From NCBI GenBank assembly GCA_041695225.1, contig JBGFRI010000001.1:8438-72437 (forward strand): a stretch of DNA of 64,000 nt, in the 5' to 3' direction. Positions 13,272-22,761 of the stretch are shown piece by piece. Position 1 is the first letter of the stretch. The number at the start of each line of letters is the position of its first letter. Both the position numbers and the translations under genes were made by a program. The notes beneath the pieces were generated by a model. That model was not told the DNA's origin. It made no database searches and saw only the letters and a program-made list of their open reading frames with translations. Source of the DNA: Deinococcota bacterium. GTDB taxonomy: Bacteria > Deinococcota > Deinococci > Deinococcales > Thermaceae.

Positions 13272-14312
13272 GTGAACCGACCCATTCATGTTGCACTGAT
13301 CGGCTATGGCTTTGCTGGCCGGGTGTTTCATGCACCGCTGATCCACAGCGTTTCGGGTATGCGCCTGGTGACTATTGCCAGCAGCCGGCCCGAAAAGGTC
13401 AAGTCAGACTGGCCCGAGGTCTGGGTGAGCGAGTCCGCCCAGGAGGTGATAACCCACCCCGAGATTGACCTGGTGGTGATCGCTACGCCAAACCAGACCC
13501 ATTTTGAGCTGGCCCAGCGCGCCTTGCAGGCCGGCAAGCACGTGGTGGTGGACAAGCCTTTTACCATCCGGGCAGGCGAGGCCCTGGCCCTGGCCAGCCT
13601 GGCAGCTCAGACCAACAGACTGCTCTCGGTCTATCAGAACCGGCGCTGGGATGGGGACTTCCAGACAGTACAAAGGCTGCTCCAGGCCGGAACCCTGGGC
13701 GAGGTAGTATATTTCGAATCCCGTTTTGACCGCTACCGGCCCCAGGTGCGCCACCTCTGGCATGAGCAGGCCGGGCCAGGAAGTGGCCTGTGGTACGATC
13801 TGGGGCCACACCTGGCCGATCAGGCGCTACAGCTATTTGGCCCTCCCGCAGCAGTGTGTGCCGATATGGCCTGTCAGCGCGGCGGTGCGCAGACTACCGA
13901 CTACTTTCACGTACTGCTGCGCTATGCCAGACTGCGGGTCGTTCTGCACGCCAGTATGCTGGTGGCGGGCGGCAGCCCGCGCTTTGTGCTCCATGGGGCC
14001 CAGGGCAGCTATGTGAAGTATGGGCAGGATACCCAGGAAGCAGCGCTCAGGCAGGGCCTGCTCCCCGGTTTACCGGGGTGGGGGCATGATTCACTGGAAG
14101 GTCAGCTCTACCTGCCCGAACAGGCTCCAGAGCCCATCCCCACCCAGCCCGGCGATTACCGCCATTTCTATGCGGGGGTGCGGGATGCAATCCTGCACAA
14201 TGGGCCCAACCCCGTTGCGCCAGAACAGGCGGTGCGACTGATGGAGCTGCTCGAGGCCGCCATTCAGAGCGCGGCCGAGCGACGGGAGGTTTCGCTGGAG
14301 ACAAAGGTATGA
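13272..14312 (+). CDS. Gfo/Idh/MocA family oxidoreductase (YdgJ/IolW-like)
   Basis: LIGYGFAG, HVVVDKPF, QNRRWDGDF and YDLGPHLADQ motifs. Confidence 0.9.
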   Translation: MNRPIHVALIGYGFAGRVFHAPLIHSVSGMRLVTIASSRPEKVKSDWPEVWVSESAQEVITHPEIDLVVIATPNQTHFELAQRALQAGKHVVVDKPFTIRAGEALALASLAAQTNRLLSVYQNRRWDGDFQTVQRLLQAGTLGEVVYFESRFDRYRPQVRHLWHEQAGPGSGLWYDLGPHLADQALQLFGPPAAVCADMACQRGGAQTTDYFHVLLRYARLRVVLHASMLVAGGSPRFVLHGAQGSYVKYGQDTQEAALRQGLLPGLPGWGHDSLEGQLYLPEQAPEPIPTQPGDYRHFYAGVRDAILHNGPNPVAPEQAVRLMELLEAAIQSAAERREVSLETKV

Positions 14313-14490
14313 AAATCGGGCCAGACCGTGCCGGCATTGCCGAGCAGAAGGCGCGTCTGCGGTTTGATGGGCAGGCTACCTTCGAACTGGGACAAAAACC
14401 TAAGGCAACTGTCGGGACACTGCATAGTGCGACTGCGACTGGTGTAGGGTTTTTTGCTCCGCACCTGGACGGCCTCTAAACCGAGGTGGC

Positions 14491-15669
14491 ATGGCGCGTT
14501 TTGGAAGAGGGATGCTCGAGCACTGGCTGCTCGACCCGGCCATCGCCTACCTCAATCATGGAACCGTGGGGGCGACACCCAAACGGGTGCTGGCCGCCCA
14601 GCAAGCCCTGCGGGATGAGATGGAACGACAACCCGCCCGCTTTCTATTACGAGAACTCTCGGAATTATCTGGCGGTTCGGACCTGGCGGTGCCCAGGCTG
14701 CGCGCTGCTGCCGAGGCAGTGGCCCGCTTTTTGGGCGCGGAAGGCCAGGACCTGGTATTTGTGGATAACGCTACCAGCGGGGTCAACGCGGTGCTGCGTT
14801 CGCTTGAGTTACACCCAGGGGACGAACTTCTGATTACTAACCTGGCCTACGGGGCGGTGGTGAACGCGGCTGCCTTCACTGCCCAGTCCCGCGGGGCCAG
14901 GCTGGCGAGGTTGGAGCTACCATTTCCGGTCTCGGATCCGAGCGAGTATGTGAGCGCGCTGGCCCAGGCCCTCACCCCCCGTACACGCCTGGTAATTCTC
15001 GATCACATCACCTCCGAAACGGCGCTGGTGCTTCCTCTGGCCGAGCTTGTGGCTTGCTGTAAGGCCCAGGGGATTCCGGTGCTGGCCGATGGCGCCCACG
15101 CGCCCGGGGCGATAGAACTGCATATTCCGCGCCTGGGCGCAGACTGGTACGCCGGCAACCTGCACAAGTGGGCGCTGGCCCCAAAAGGCTGCGGTATCCT
15201 CTGGGCGGCCCCAGAACGACAAAAAGACCTGCATCCACCCGTAATTTCCTGGGGTTTGGGCCAGGGCTTTACCCAGGAGTTCGACTGGGTGGGCACCAAA
15301 GACCCCACGCCCTATTTGTCGGCGCCTGCCGCCCTAAAGCTGATGCAGGACTGGGGAGTAGAGGCCATGCAAACTTACAACCACACCCTGGCCTGGGAAG
15401 CCGCCCAGGTACTAACCCGGCGCTGGGGCGACACGCTGGGAGCCCCGGAGCAGATGATAGGCTGCATGGTCACCCTGCCCCTACCCCAAGCCCTGGGGCA
15501 AAGCCGGGAAGAGGCAGCCCGGCTACAGTATGCCCTGCTATACGATTACCAGCTCGAGGCCCCCATCCTGAGCATCGGCCAGCGCTTATGGGTGCGGGTC
15601 TCGGCCCAGGTTTACAACGACCTGGAGGATATCGAGCGCCTCGCCAGAGCGGTTGAATCCTACCGCTAG
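14491..15669 (+). CDS. Class V PLP-dependent enzyme (isopenicillin N epimerase/EgtE-like)
   Basis: YLNHGTVGA, DHITSET, DGAHAPG and GNLHKW motifs. Confidence 0.85.
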   Translation: MARFGRGMLEHWLLDPAIAYLNHGTVGATPKRVLAAQQALRDEMERQPARFLLRELSELSGGSDLAVPRLRAAAEAVARFLGAEGQDLVFVDNATSGVNAVLRSLELHPGDELLITNLAYGAVVNAAAFTAQSRGARLARLELPFPVSDPSEYVSALAQALTPRTRLVILDHITSETALVLPLAELVACCKAQGIPVLADGAHAPGAIELHIPRLGADWYAGNLHKWALAPKGCGILWAAPERQKDLHPPVISWGLGQGFTQEFDWVGTKDPTPYLSAPAALKLMQDWGVEAMQTYNHTLAWEAAQVLTRRWGDTLGAPEQMIGCMVTLPLPQALGQSREEAARLQYALLYDYQLEAPILSIGQRLWVRVSAQVYNDLEDIERLARAVESYR

Positions 15670-16017
15670 CAGCAGACACGTGCTGCTTTACTACTTTTGT
15701 CACCAATTCATTCTCGTTTTATTCTCGGTTGCCCTGCCCGGCCTTAGTGCAAATTGGCGGTCTGGCCGTATGGTTTTGTCAATCCAAATACAGAACAGAT
15801 TCGACAGAAGCGGCAAAGGACTCTCCTGGCCTCAAAACACCTGGCAATGCGGAACTCCGTAGATAGTCCTTACACGGTTGTGGCGCTTACTTCGGCTGCC
15901 CCTTCGCCAATCATTCGACAGGCTCAAGGCAGGCCCAGCCACGGCTACGTTTTGGCAACAAATACTCCCTACAAGGCTGGGTTTTGCCCGGGGCAGGGCC
16001 CCGGATGGTCAATCATC

Positions 16018-16107
<90 letters not shown>

Positions 16108-16227
16108 AATCTTGTCAGGCTCCCACTGGGGTGGCCCGGCTGCTGTCCCCAGTCAAGCAAAGATGAGTCTACAGGGCGATTTTGCGGGAGTCAAGCCAGA
16201 TAGAGGCCGCGGCGATATACTTTTGGA

Positions 16228-16893
16228 GTGCGTCTGCTTGCGGTCTTTGCACATCCCGACGACGAAATAGGCGTTTCTGGCACGCTGGCCAAGCACGTTA
16301 TGCGGGGCGATGCGGCCAAAATTCTCTGGCTCACCAAAGGAGAGCTGGCCAGCCAGTTTGGTGAAATGCCGTCTGAAGAAGTAGCCCGGATACGCGAAGG
16401 GCATGGGCGGGTGGTGGCCGGGATGGTGGGCGCGGAGTACCAGATTCTCGACTTTGCCGACTCGAGCCTGACCGGGGGACGCGAAGAGGCCCTGGCCATC
16501 GCCCGGGTGGTTGCGGCCTGGAAACCAGATCTGGTGGTGACCTGGAACCCCCATGATGTGCACCCCGACCACCGGGCCGTTTACTGGGCCACCCTATCGG
16601 CGCTCAAGTTTTGCCGGATTCCCAAGCTGGTGGGCGAGCCACACCGCAAGCCTGTAAGGCTCTTGCACTACTACCGCAGCGACATTCCCCGGCCGGTTAT
16701 TTATGTGGACGTGGGAGAGGAAGGCCAGGCCGTAGCTGACCGGGTTTTTGGTTTTTACCACGACTTCTACCAGTGGGAGTACAGCCCGGAAGCCTTCAGG
16801 GCAAACCGCTCTAGGCTGGGGGCCGAGGCTTTAGTGAAGTTTGCGGAGCGTTTTCAGGCCGAGGTTCCTCTGGCTCATCATTATCTCGGCTAA
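16228..16893 (+). CDS. PIG-L/LmbE family deacetylase
   Basis: VFAHPDDE and HPDH motifs; TATACT 6 nt before the GTG. Confidence 0.9.
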   Translation: MRLLAVFAHPDDEIGVSGTLAKHVMRGDAAKILWLTKGELASQFGEMPSEEVARIREGHGRVVAGMVGAEYQILDFADSSLTGGREEALAIARVVAAWKPDLVVTWNPHDVHPDHRAVYWATLSALKFCRIPKLVGEPHRKPVRLLHYYRSDIPRPVIYVDVGEEGQAVADRVFGFYHDFYQWEYSPEAFRANRSRLGAEALVKFAERFQAEVPLAHHYLG

Positions 16894-18127
16894 ACTGGTC
16901 AACCTCGAAGCTACCACGCGGGCTGGTGAAGGTATAGGCTGCAAAGGCGGCTATTAAAGTCAGGGGCAGCAGACTGTATCCGCCGACCTCGCCCGCCAGC
17001 ACCACTGCAGCAAAGGGCGCCCGGGCGACGCCTGCCAGCAGTGCGGCCATGCCGACCAGGGCAGCGGTCTCGGGTGGGGGTGCAATGGAAGGGAAAACCT
17101 GGCCCAGAAGCTGCGCCAGGATTAGCCCGCTCAGGCCCCCCAGGGCTACGGCCGGCGTTAGCTGGCCCCCATAGGCCCGCACACCTCCCCCCAGGATAAG
17201 CAAGGCCAGTTGCAGCAGGAACAACATGCCCAGGAAGGGGAGCGTGAGGATGGGGGACGCGCCGAGCTGGATCCAGGGAAGGCTGCTGCCGATTGCTTCG
17301 GGCATCACCAGCAGGACTGCTGCCAGCACCCCACCAAACAGACCATGGCGAACTACAAAGCTCACACGGCGCAGTAGCCTCTGCAAAAAGCGCTCGGCCT
17401 CGAGCCAGAGCGTACCCACACCGGCGCAAACCAGTCCAATTGCCAGGCCAAACAGCAGTTGGGGCCACTGTAGCGGCCCAGGAGTGAGCTCGAGCAGCGG
17501 TCCATAGCCGTGGAACATCCCGTACACGGTGAACCCAGCCAAAGCCCCAATCAGTGCGGGGGCTAGCGCGCCAACTTCCAGTGCCATTCTGCGGTAGACG
17601 ATTTCGCTTGCCAGCAGTGCGCCAGCCATTGGCGCGTGGAAGGCTGCGGCAAATCCGGCTGCCATGCCGGCAAAGGGCAGGAACCGGCCCGACTCCCCCA
17701 AAGGAACCCGCCTGCCCAGGGCGCTGCCAATCCACAAGCCCAGGGCGGCCATCGGACCTTCACGCCCTAGCGGGGAGCCGGCCCCAAGCTGCGCCAAAGA
17801 GCCCAGTATCCCCCGAAAATACTCAATGGCCCGGACGGGACGGTTTTCTCGGTAGGCGGCCAGCAGCCAGCCCAACCCCCGGCCCGAACCCAGATAGCTC
17901 GAGGCCGCAAAAATTAGGGGCAGTAGAAGAACCAGCCACCAGTGGCTCGGCCCGATAAAAATGTGCGCAAGGCCGCCCTCGCCGGGCAGGCCAGGGGGCA
18001 GGTATCCCAGCGTCTCGCCCAGCAGATACCGCTGAATCAGACCCAACAAAAAAACAAAGCCTGCCGCGGCAAGCCCGGTAAGCGCGCCTACAAAGGCGCT
18101 GTATAAGATTAGGGCGCCAATCTGCAT
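16811..18127 (-). CDS. ClC family chloride channel/antiporter
   Basis: GREGP, GMAAGFAAAFHAP and GVARAPFAA motifs; many transmembrane segments. Confidence 0.88.
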   Translation of the reverse strand: MQIGALILYSAFVGALTGLAAAGFVFLLGLIQRYLLGETLGYLPPGLPGEGGLAHIFIGPSHWWLVLLLPLIFAASSYLGSGRGLGWLLAAYRENRPVRAIEYFRGILGSLAQLGAGSPLGREGPMAALGLWIGSALGRRVPLGESGRFLPFAGMAAGFAAAFHAPMAGALLASEIVYRRMALEVGALAPALIGALAGFTVYGMFHGYGPLLELTPGPLQWPQLLFGLAIGLVCAGVGTLWLEAERFLQRLLRRVSFVVRHGLFGGVLAAVLLVMPEAIGSSLPWIQLGASPILTLPFLGMLFLLQLALLILGGGVRAYGGQLTPAVALGGLSGLILAQLLGQVFPSIAPPPETAALVGMAALLAGVARAPFAAVVLAGEVGGYSLLPLTLIAAFAAYTFTSPRGSFEVDQFSRDNDEPEEPRPENAPQTSLKPRPPA

Positions 18128-18155
18128 AGAAATTTCCCGCGCTACAGTGCACCAG

Positions 18156-19265
18156 CTACCAGGATTGTACCTGGGAAGTTGCGGTTCCGCGCGTGATGCG
18201 GGGCGCCTGTAGCCCCAGCACCCGGTAGCCGTTGCGGGTAGCAGCGCGTACCAAAGCCCTCGAGTCTACCCTCCCCCACAGATAAAGTGCCTCGTTTCGC
18301 ACGTCCAGATCGGGGCTACTTGCCCTTGAGTCGGTTCCCAGGGCCACCTCGAGCCGGTACTTGAGATAAAGCTCCCAGGGCAACAGACCACACCCCAGCC
18401 CTGCATTACTACGAGGGCACGAGACCACCTTGCTGCCCGACTGGGCCAGTAACTCTACTTCCTCCTGGTCTACCTGCACCCCATGAACAATGGTCAGGTG
18501 GGGTCCCAGCACTCCCAGCTCGGCCAGGTAGCGGACGGGGGTGGTGCCGGGCGGGTTCTGGTATGCAGGAAATCCGTGTTCCAGGGCTAGCTGTTGCAGC
18601 TTACCAGTGCCCGAGGTCATCAGTTCGGTCTCGTCGGGGCTTTCAGCTACGTGCATCTGCAGCAAGAAGCCCTCGAGTCTAGCAATCTCGACCAGTTTTT
18701 TAAGCAGGGCCGGGCTTACGTTGTAGGGGGTATGAGGCGAGATGCCCACCCCTACCCGGCTATTCCTGCTGCGCCAGCGGGCCAACTGCTTTGCTACTCT
18801 ACTTGCTACCAGCTCGGCCTGGTCGGGGTTGCGGTTGATCACTTCCAGATAAGCTGTGCCTGGAAGGGGGCTATTTTCCAACAGCCAGTCTACCGTCTGC
18901 GGCCTGTACACAATATCCCCAAAAGCACCGGCCCCTTGCGCCACAAGCTCCTCCAGGCCCTGCTGAAGAGCCCGGACACCGCGCACATCACTGTTGCTAA
19001 TCGCGTGTTTTATAAACTGGGTATAGCCTCCTGCAAAAAAGGGAACGGTGCTCATATCCAGGTGGGTATGGGCATTCACCACCGGCGGTGTGAGCGCCCG
19101 GCCTTTGTACACTACCGGGGCATGGGGGTAGCTTTGCTGTAACTCGGCCAGTGGACCAGTCGCCGCCACATGCCCGCCCACCACTGCCAGGCCCCCCTGC
19201 AGCATGGGTGTACCAAAACCGAGATAAACTACCTCTGCCGTCCAGATTTCCGGGATGAGATTCAG
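18156..19265 (-). CDS. Metal-dependent amidohydrolase/deaminase
   Basis: NAHTHLD, SPHTPY, HVAES and LGTDS motifs. The open frame extends 20 codons upstream of ATG 19205 to a CTG preceded by GGAGG. Confidence 0.85.
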   Translation of the reverse strand: MNLIPEIWTAEVVYLGFGTPMLQGGLAVVGGHVAATGPLAELQQSYPHAPVVYKGRALTPPVVNAHTHLDMSTVPFFAGGYTQFIKHAISNSDVRGVRALQQGLEELVAQGAGAFGDIVYRPQTVDWLLENSPLPGTAYLEVINRNPDQAELVASRVAKQLARWRSRNSRVGVGISPHTPYNVSPALLKKLVEIARLEGFLLQMHVAESPDETELMTSGTGKLQQLALEHGFPAYQNPPGTTPVRYLAELGVLGPHLTIVHGVQVDQEEVELLAQSGSKVVSCPRSNAGLGCGLLPWELYLKYRLEVALGTDSRASSPDLDVRNEALYLWGRVDSRALVRAATRNGYRVLGLQAPRITRGTATSQVQSW

Positions 19266-19330
19266 GCTGCCTCCCAGATGTTATGCACTTCTAACCATGC
19301 CGGAATGGGACTTCGAGGCTGCGAAGGCTT

Positions 19331-20230
19331 CTACTGCTCCATCCGCTCCAGAACATACCTGTTGGGAGCACGCACGAAATCCACCGCCTGGTAGCCCTGG
19401 GCAAAGTAATGCCCGAACAGCTTGCGGCTGTGCATGCGCCACTGGTTGGCCAGGGCTGTATCGGTCTGGAGAATCTGCCCCCAGTCGTCGGGGATCTGCA
19501 GCAGAATTTGCTTATGGGACAAGCTCAGATCCAGCCCAACCGGGGCCTCATGCTCGACCAGATTGGCCTGCGGAAGGCCTTCTACCGCTGTTAGGGGCGG
19601 CGGGGCGTATATGCGACTGAAAACCCGCTCAGATTTCAGCTCCCAGACTGCATAGGCCCGGTCAGAGGGCGAGCCCGCGTTTATGCCGCCCATGCTTCCG
19701 TAGCAGTTGGGGACGTACCGGCGGAAGGTTGCCCCCAGCTTGTGCAGGTTGAAATGGGCATTGATTCCGCGCAGGGGGTCAAAGGTCCAGACCACCCGCT
19801 CATACCCCTTGCACAGGGCCCAGTCGCGCTGGAACTGCTTGAGCAGGAGCCCAATGCGACTGCCCTGATACTCCGGCAGCACCCCGGTCATGTGCGAGTG
19901 GTGATCGGAGGGGCGGCTGGTGGGAAAGCCAAAAACAAAGCCCACAAGGGCCAGACCTTCCCCCACCCCTTTCCGAGTGTGTGAGGGAAGATGGCCGGGG
20001 CTCTGGGGGTAAGGAGCAGAACGCTGCTGGTCGCCATCCGGGTCTGGCTGGCCCCAAGTGCCTGAAGACTCGAGCAGATATGCCCCGGCCAGCAAGGCCC
20101 CCTCGTGCACCAGGGCCATAAGGGTACCGGTGCGGATGGTCTCGCCGGGATCGTTCCAGATGGCCTGCTCGAGCCGGGGGATCTGGGCAATCTCCTCTGG
20201 CTCATGCAGCTCGCGAATCAGAGTTTTCAT
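19331..20230 (-). CDS. GNAT acyltransferase, putative D-amino acid N-succinyltransferase
   Basis: SHMTGVLPEYQG..IG, WTFDPL..NAHFNLHKLGA and SDR motifs; directly downstream of the OSBS/NSAR gene. Confidence 0.8.
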   Translation of the reverse strand: MKTLIRELHEPEEIAQIPRLEQAIWNDPGETIRTGTLMALVHEGALLAGAYLLESSGTWGQPDPDGDQQRSAPYPQSPGHLPSHTRKGVGEGLALVGFVFGFPTSRPSDHHSHMTGVLPEYQGSRIGLLLKQFQRDWALCKGYERVVWTFDPLRGINAHFNLHKLGATFRRYVPNCYGSMGGINAGSPSDRAYAVWELKSERVFSRIYAPPPLTAVEGLPQANLVEHEAPVGLDLSLSHKQILLQIPDDWGQILQTDTALANQWRMHSRKLFGHYFAQGYQAVDFVRAPNRYVLERMEQ

Positions 20231-20262
20231 ATGTGTTGGGCGCAGTGCTCCTATCGTAGCAG

Positions 20263-20422
20263 GTCTAAGGTCTAAGGTCTAAGGTCAAGGGTCAAGAGTC
20301 TAAGGTCGAGGGTCTGCCACGGCCCCGCGTTTTGGCCTTCGACTTTCGTCTTTCGACCTTCGACCAAGCGCGTCAGCGCTTCCACCTTCGACCCAGCGCG
20401 CAATCGCTTCAACCTTCGACCA
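20263..20422. repeat. Heptamer tract forming an inverted hairpin
   Basis: (gtctaag)3 gtcaagg gtcaaga gtctaag gtcgagg, then ccttcgactttcgtctttcgaccttcgacc. Confidence 0.85.
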
Positions 20423-20423
20423 A

Positions 20424-21536
20424 TTAGCTACCGGCTGTCACATAAGCCGATTTCTCGCTCAGGTTTTGCACCAGATCGCGCTTGAGGCTTACCCCCAGGC
20501 CCGGCCCCTCGGGAACCGGCATCATGCCGCCGATGGATTCGAGTTGCTCTTCGATGATGTCTTCGTTCCAGTAGCGGCTGGCGCTCGAGGTGTCTCCCGG
20601 CTTGACAAACATGGGCAGGGTAGCGACATGGATATTGGCTGCCCGGCCAAGGCCTGCTTCCAGCATACCGCCCATCCAGACCGGCAGGCAAAAGCTCTGG
20701 GTAATGTCGTGGACCTTGCGGCTGGCCAGAATTCCACCTACCCGGGCTGGCTTAAGGTTAATTACCCGTCCGGCCCCAACTTCCAGCGCTTTGCGTGCGT
20801 CTTCGGGGGAGGTGATGGACTCGTCTAGGCAGATGGGGGTAGAGATAACCGCCTGTAACCTGGCGTGATCCAGAATGTCGTCAAAGGCCAGAGGCTGTTC
20901 GATATAGTCCAGTCTGGCGGTATCCAGGGCCTTGAAGGTGGAGATGTGGCTGAGGCTGTAGGCCGAGTTGGCATCCACGGTCAGGTTGGCCTCGGGGTAG
21001 GCCTCGCGTACTGCCATTACCGGCTTGATATCCCAGCCCGGCTTTATTTTTAGCTTGATGCGCTTGTAGCCTTCGGCCAGCCCTTTGCCCACCTTTTCTA
21101 TGGTAGCTTCGAGGCTGGACTCAATGCCCAGGCTGATGCCAACGGGAATTTCTCTGCGCACACCACCCAGCACCTTCCAGATCGGCTGGCCCAGGCTTTT
21201 GCACCAGATATCCCAGAAGGCCATTTCCAGCGCAGCCTTGGCCATCTTGTTGCCCCTGAAGCCAGCTAACTCTTGCCATAACTGCTCGGGATTGGCCAGA
21301 TCCTTGCCCAGAACTGCCGGTATCAAGAGCTCTTCAAGTAACGCCCAGGCGCCAGGCAGGGTCTCCTCGCGGTAGTGCGGGGTGTACTCCATTACCGTCT
21401 CGGCGTGGCCCTCCAGGCCCTCACCATAAAGCGTCAGAACAATCAGGTGGCGCATGGTCTGCACCCCAAAGGAGGTCTCGAAGCGAAACTTGAGCGGTAG
21501 TGAGACCAGGTGCATTTCGGCTGCATCAATTTTCAT
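20424..21536 (-). CDS. menC: o-Succinylbenzoate synthase / N-succinylamino acid racemase (enolase superfamily)
   Basis: FETSFG, KLKIKP, VDAN, IEQP, LDES, GGMLE and PGDTS motifs; TAGCAT 7 nt before the ATG. Confidence 0.9.
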   Translation of the reverse strand: MKIDAAEMHLVSLPLKFRFETSFGVQTMRHLIVLTLYGEGLEGHAETVMEYTPHYREETLPGAWALLEELLIPAVLGKDLANPEQLWQELAGFRGNKMAKAALEMAFWDIWCKSLGQPIWKVLGGVRREIPVGISLGIESSLEATIEKVGKGLAEGYKRIKLKIKPGWDIKPVMAVREAYPEANLTVDANSAYSLSHISTFKALDTARLDYIEQPLAFDDILDHARLQAVISTPICLDESITSPEDARKALEVGAGRVINLKPARVGGILASRKVHDITQSFCLPVWMGGMLEAGLGRAANIHVATLPMFVKPGDTSSASRYWNEDIIEEQLESIGGMMPVPEGPGLGVSLKRDLVQNLSEKSAYVTAGS

Positions 21537-21698
21537 ACCAGTTATGCTAACCCCCCAGAGCCAAAACCCCAAGACTACGCCAGGCTAGCCTGACCGCCAA
21601 GACCCTGCACCTGATCGGGTTTGTGGCCCAGTTGTTGCGCCCAGCAGGGCAGAGCACTTTTGTGCCAGACCACCGGGTCAGGGAGTAGCATAAGGGAG

Positions 21699-22481
21699 AT
21701 GATTCCGGACTTATCCAGGGTACCCGGTATTTTGGGTGAGATAGCCAGGCGGCGCTACCAAGAGGTAGCCGGCCTGGGGGGGCTAAAGCTGGCCAAGCCT
21801 GCAAAAAAAGTTGCCTCCCTGAGCCAGGCCCTAAAGCTTCCGGGCATCTCGCTGATTGCCGAGATCAAGCGCAAAAGCCCCTCGCAGGGGGAAATAGCAT
21901 TTCAGCTGGATGCGGCAGCGGTGGCTAAAGCCTATAAAGCCGGTGGCGCCAGAGCCATTAGCGTGCTGACCGAGCCGCACTATTTTGCGGGGTCCGACCA
22001 GGATTTGCTCGAGGTCTGCCGGGCGGTTGACCTGCCGGTTCTTCGCAAAGACTTTACCGTCCATCCCGCGCAGATTGCCCAGGCGCGGGCTATGGGAGCT
22101 TCGGCAGTGCTGCTTATCGTGGCGGTACTGGGTGATCTGACCGAGTTGTATCTCGGGCTAAGCCAGGAGCAAGGTATAGAAGCGCTGGTCGAGGTGCACG
22201 ACCAGACCGAGCTAAAGCTCGCACTGGCTGCTGGGGCGTCAATTGTGGGCATTAACAACCGAAACCTGACCGACCTGAGCATAGACTGCTCCACTGCGCC
22301 GCGTCTGGGCCTGCTAGCCCGGCAGCTGGGGTTTTCCGGGCTGCTGGTGGCCGAGTCGGGGTATAACCACCCGGCCCAGCTAGCCCCGCTCAAAGGGCTT
22401 TTTGACGGGGTGTTAATCGGCACCAGTCTGTCCCGCAGTGGTAACTGGCAGACGGCAGCGGCCCAGTTATCTGGGGCCTGA
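21699..22481 (+). CDS. trpC: Indole-3-glycerol phosphate synthase
   Basis: IAEIKRKSPSQG, SVLTEPHYF, LRKDF, GINNRNL and VAESG motifs. Confidence 0.95.
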   Translation: MIPDLSRVPGILGEIARRRYQEVAGLGGLKLAKPAKKVASLSQALKLPGISLIAEIKRKSPSQGEIAFQLDAAAVAKAYKAGGARAISVLTEPHYFAGSDQDLLEVCRAVDLPVLRKDFTVHPAQIAQARAMGASAVLLIVAVLGDLTELYLGLSQEQGIEALVEVHDQTELKLALAAGASIVGINNRNLTDLSIDCSTAPRLGLLARQLGFSGLLVAESGYNHPAQLAPLKGLFDGVLIGTSLSRSGNWQTAAAQLSGA

Positions 22482-22622
22482 GGACTACACTGAGATAGTA
22501 TTCTGCGGTTGGGGCTTCTATGGCCATCACTCAAAGCGAACTATCTGGCCAGGACAAAGACTAGCAAGTGAGGTTCTGGTGGGATTCAAATGCGACCTGA
22601 TGACGGCAGGAATAAATTTTTC

Positions 22623-22740
22623 GTCATTGCGACCCAGAGGCGTAGCCGAAGGGGAAGCAATCCAGCTCACCACGGCAGCTGGTCTGGTTGAGATGGTCTC
22701 CTGGATTCCTTTGTCGGCCTTTTGCCTCCTCGCAAAACAG
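22623..22740. repeat. GTCATTGCGA...GAAGCAATCC-type palindromic element
   Basis: Related copies at about 30650-30804 and 36359-36525, and a fragment near 63550. Confidence 0.75.
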
Positions 22741-22761
22741 GTGGGATGACCGGAGGATACC

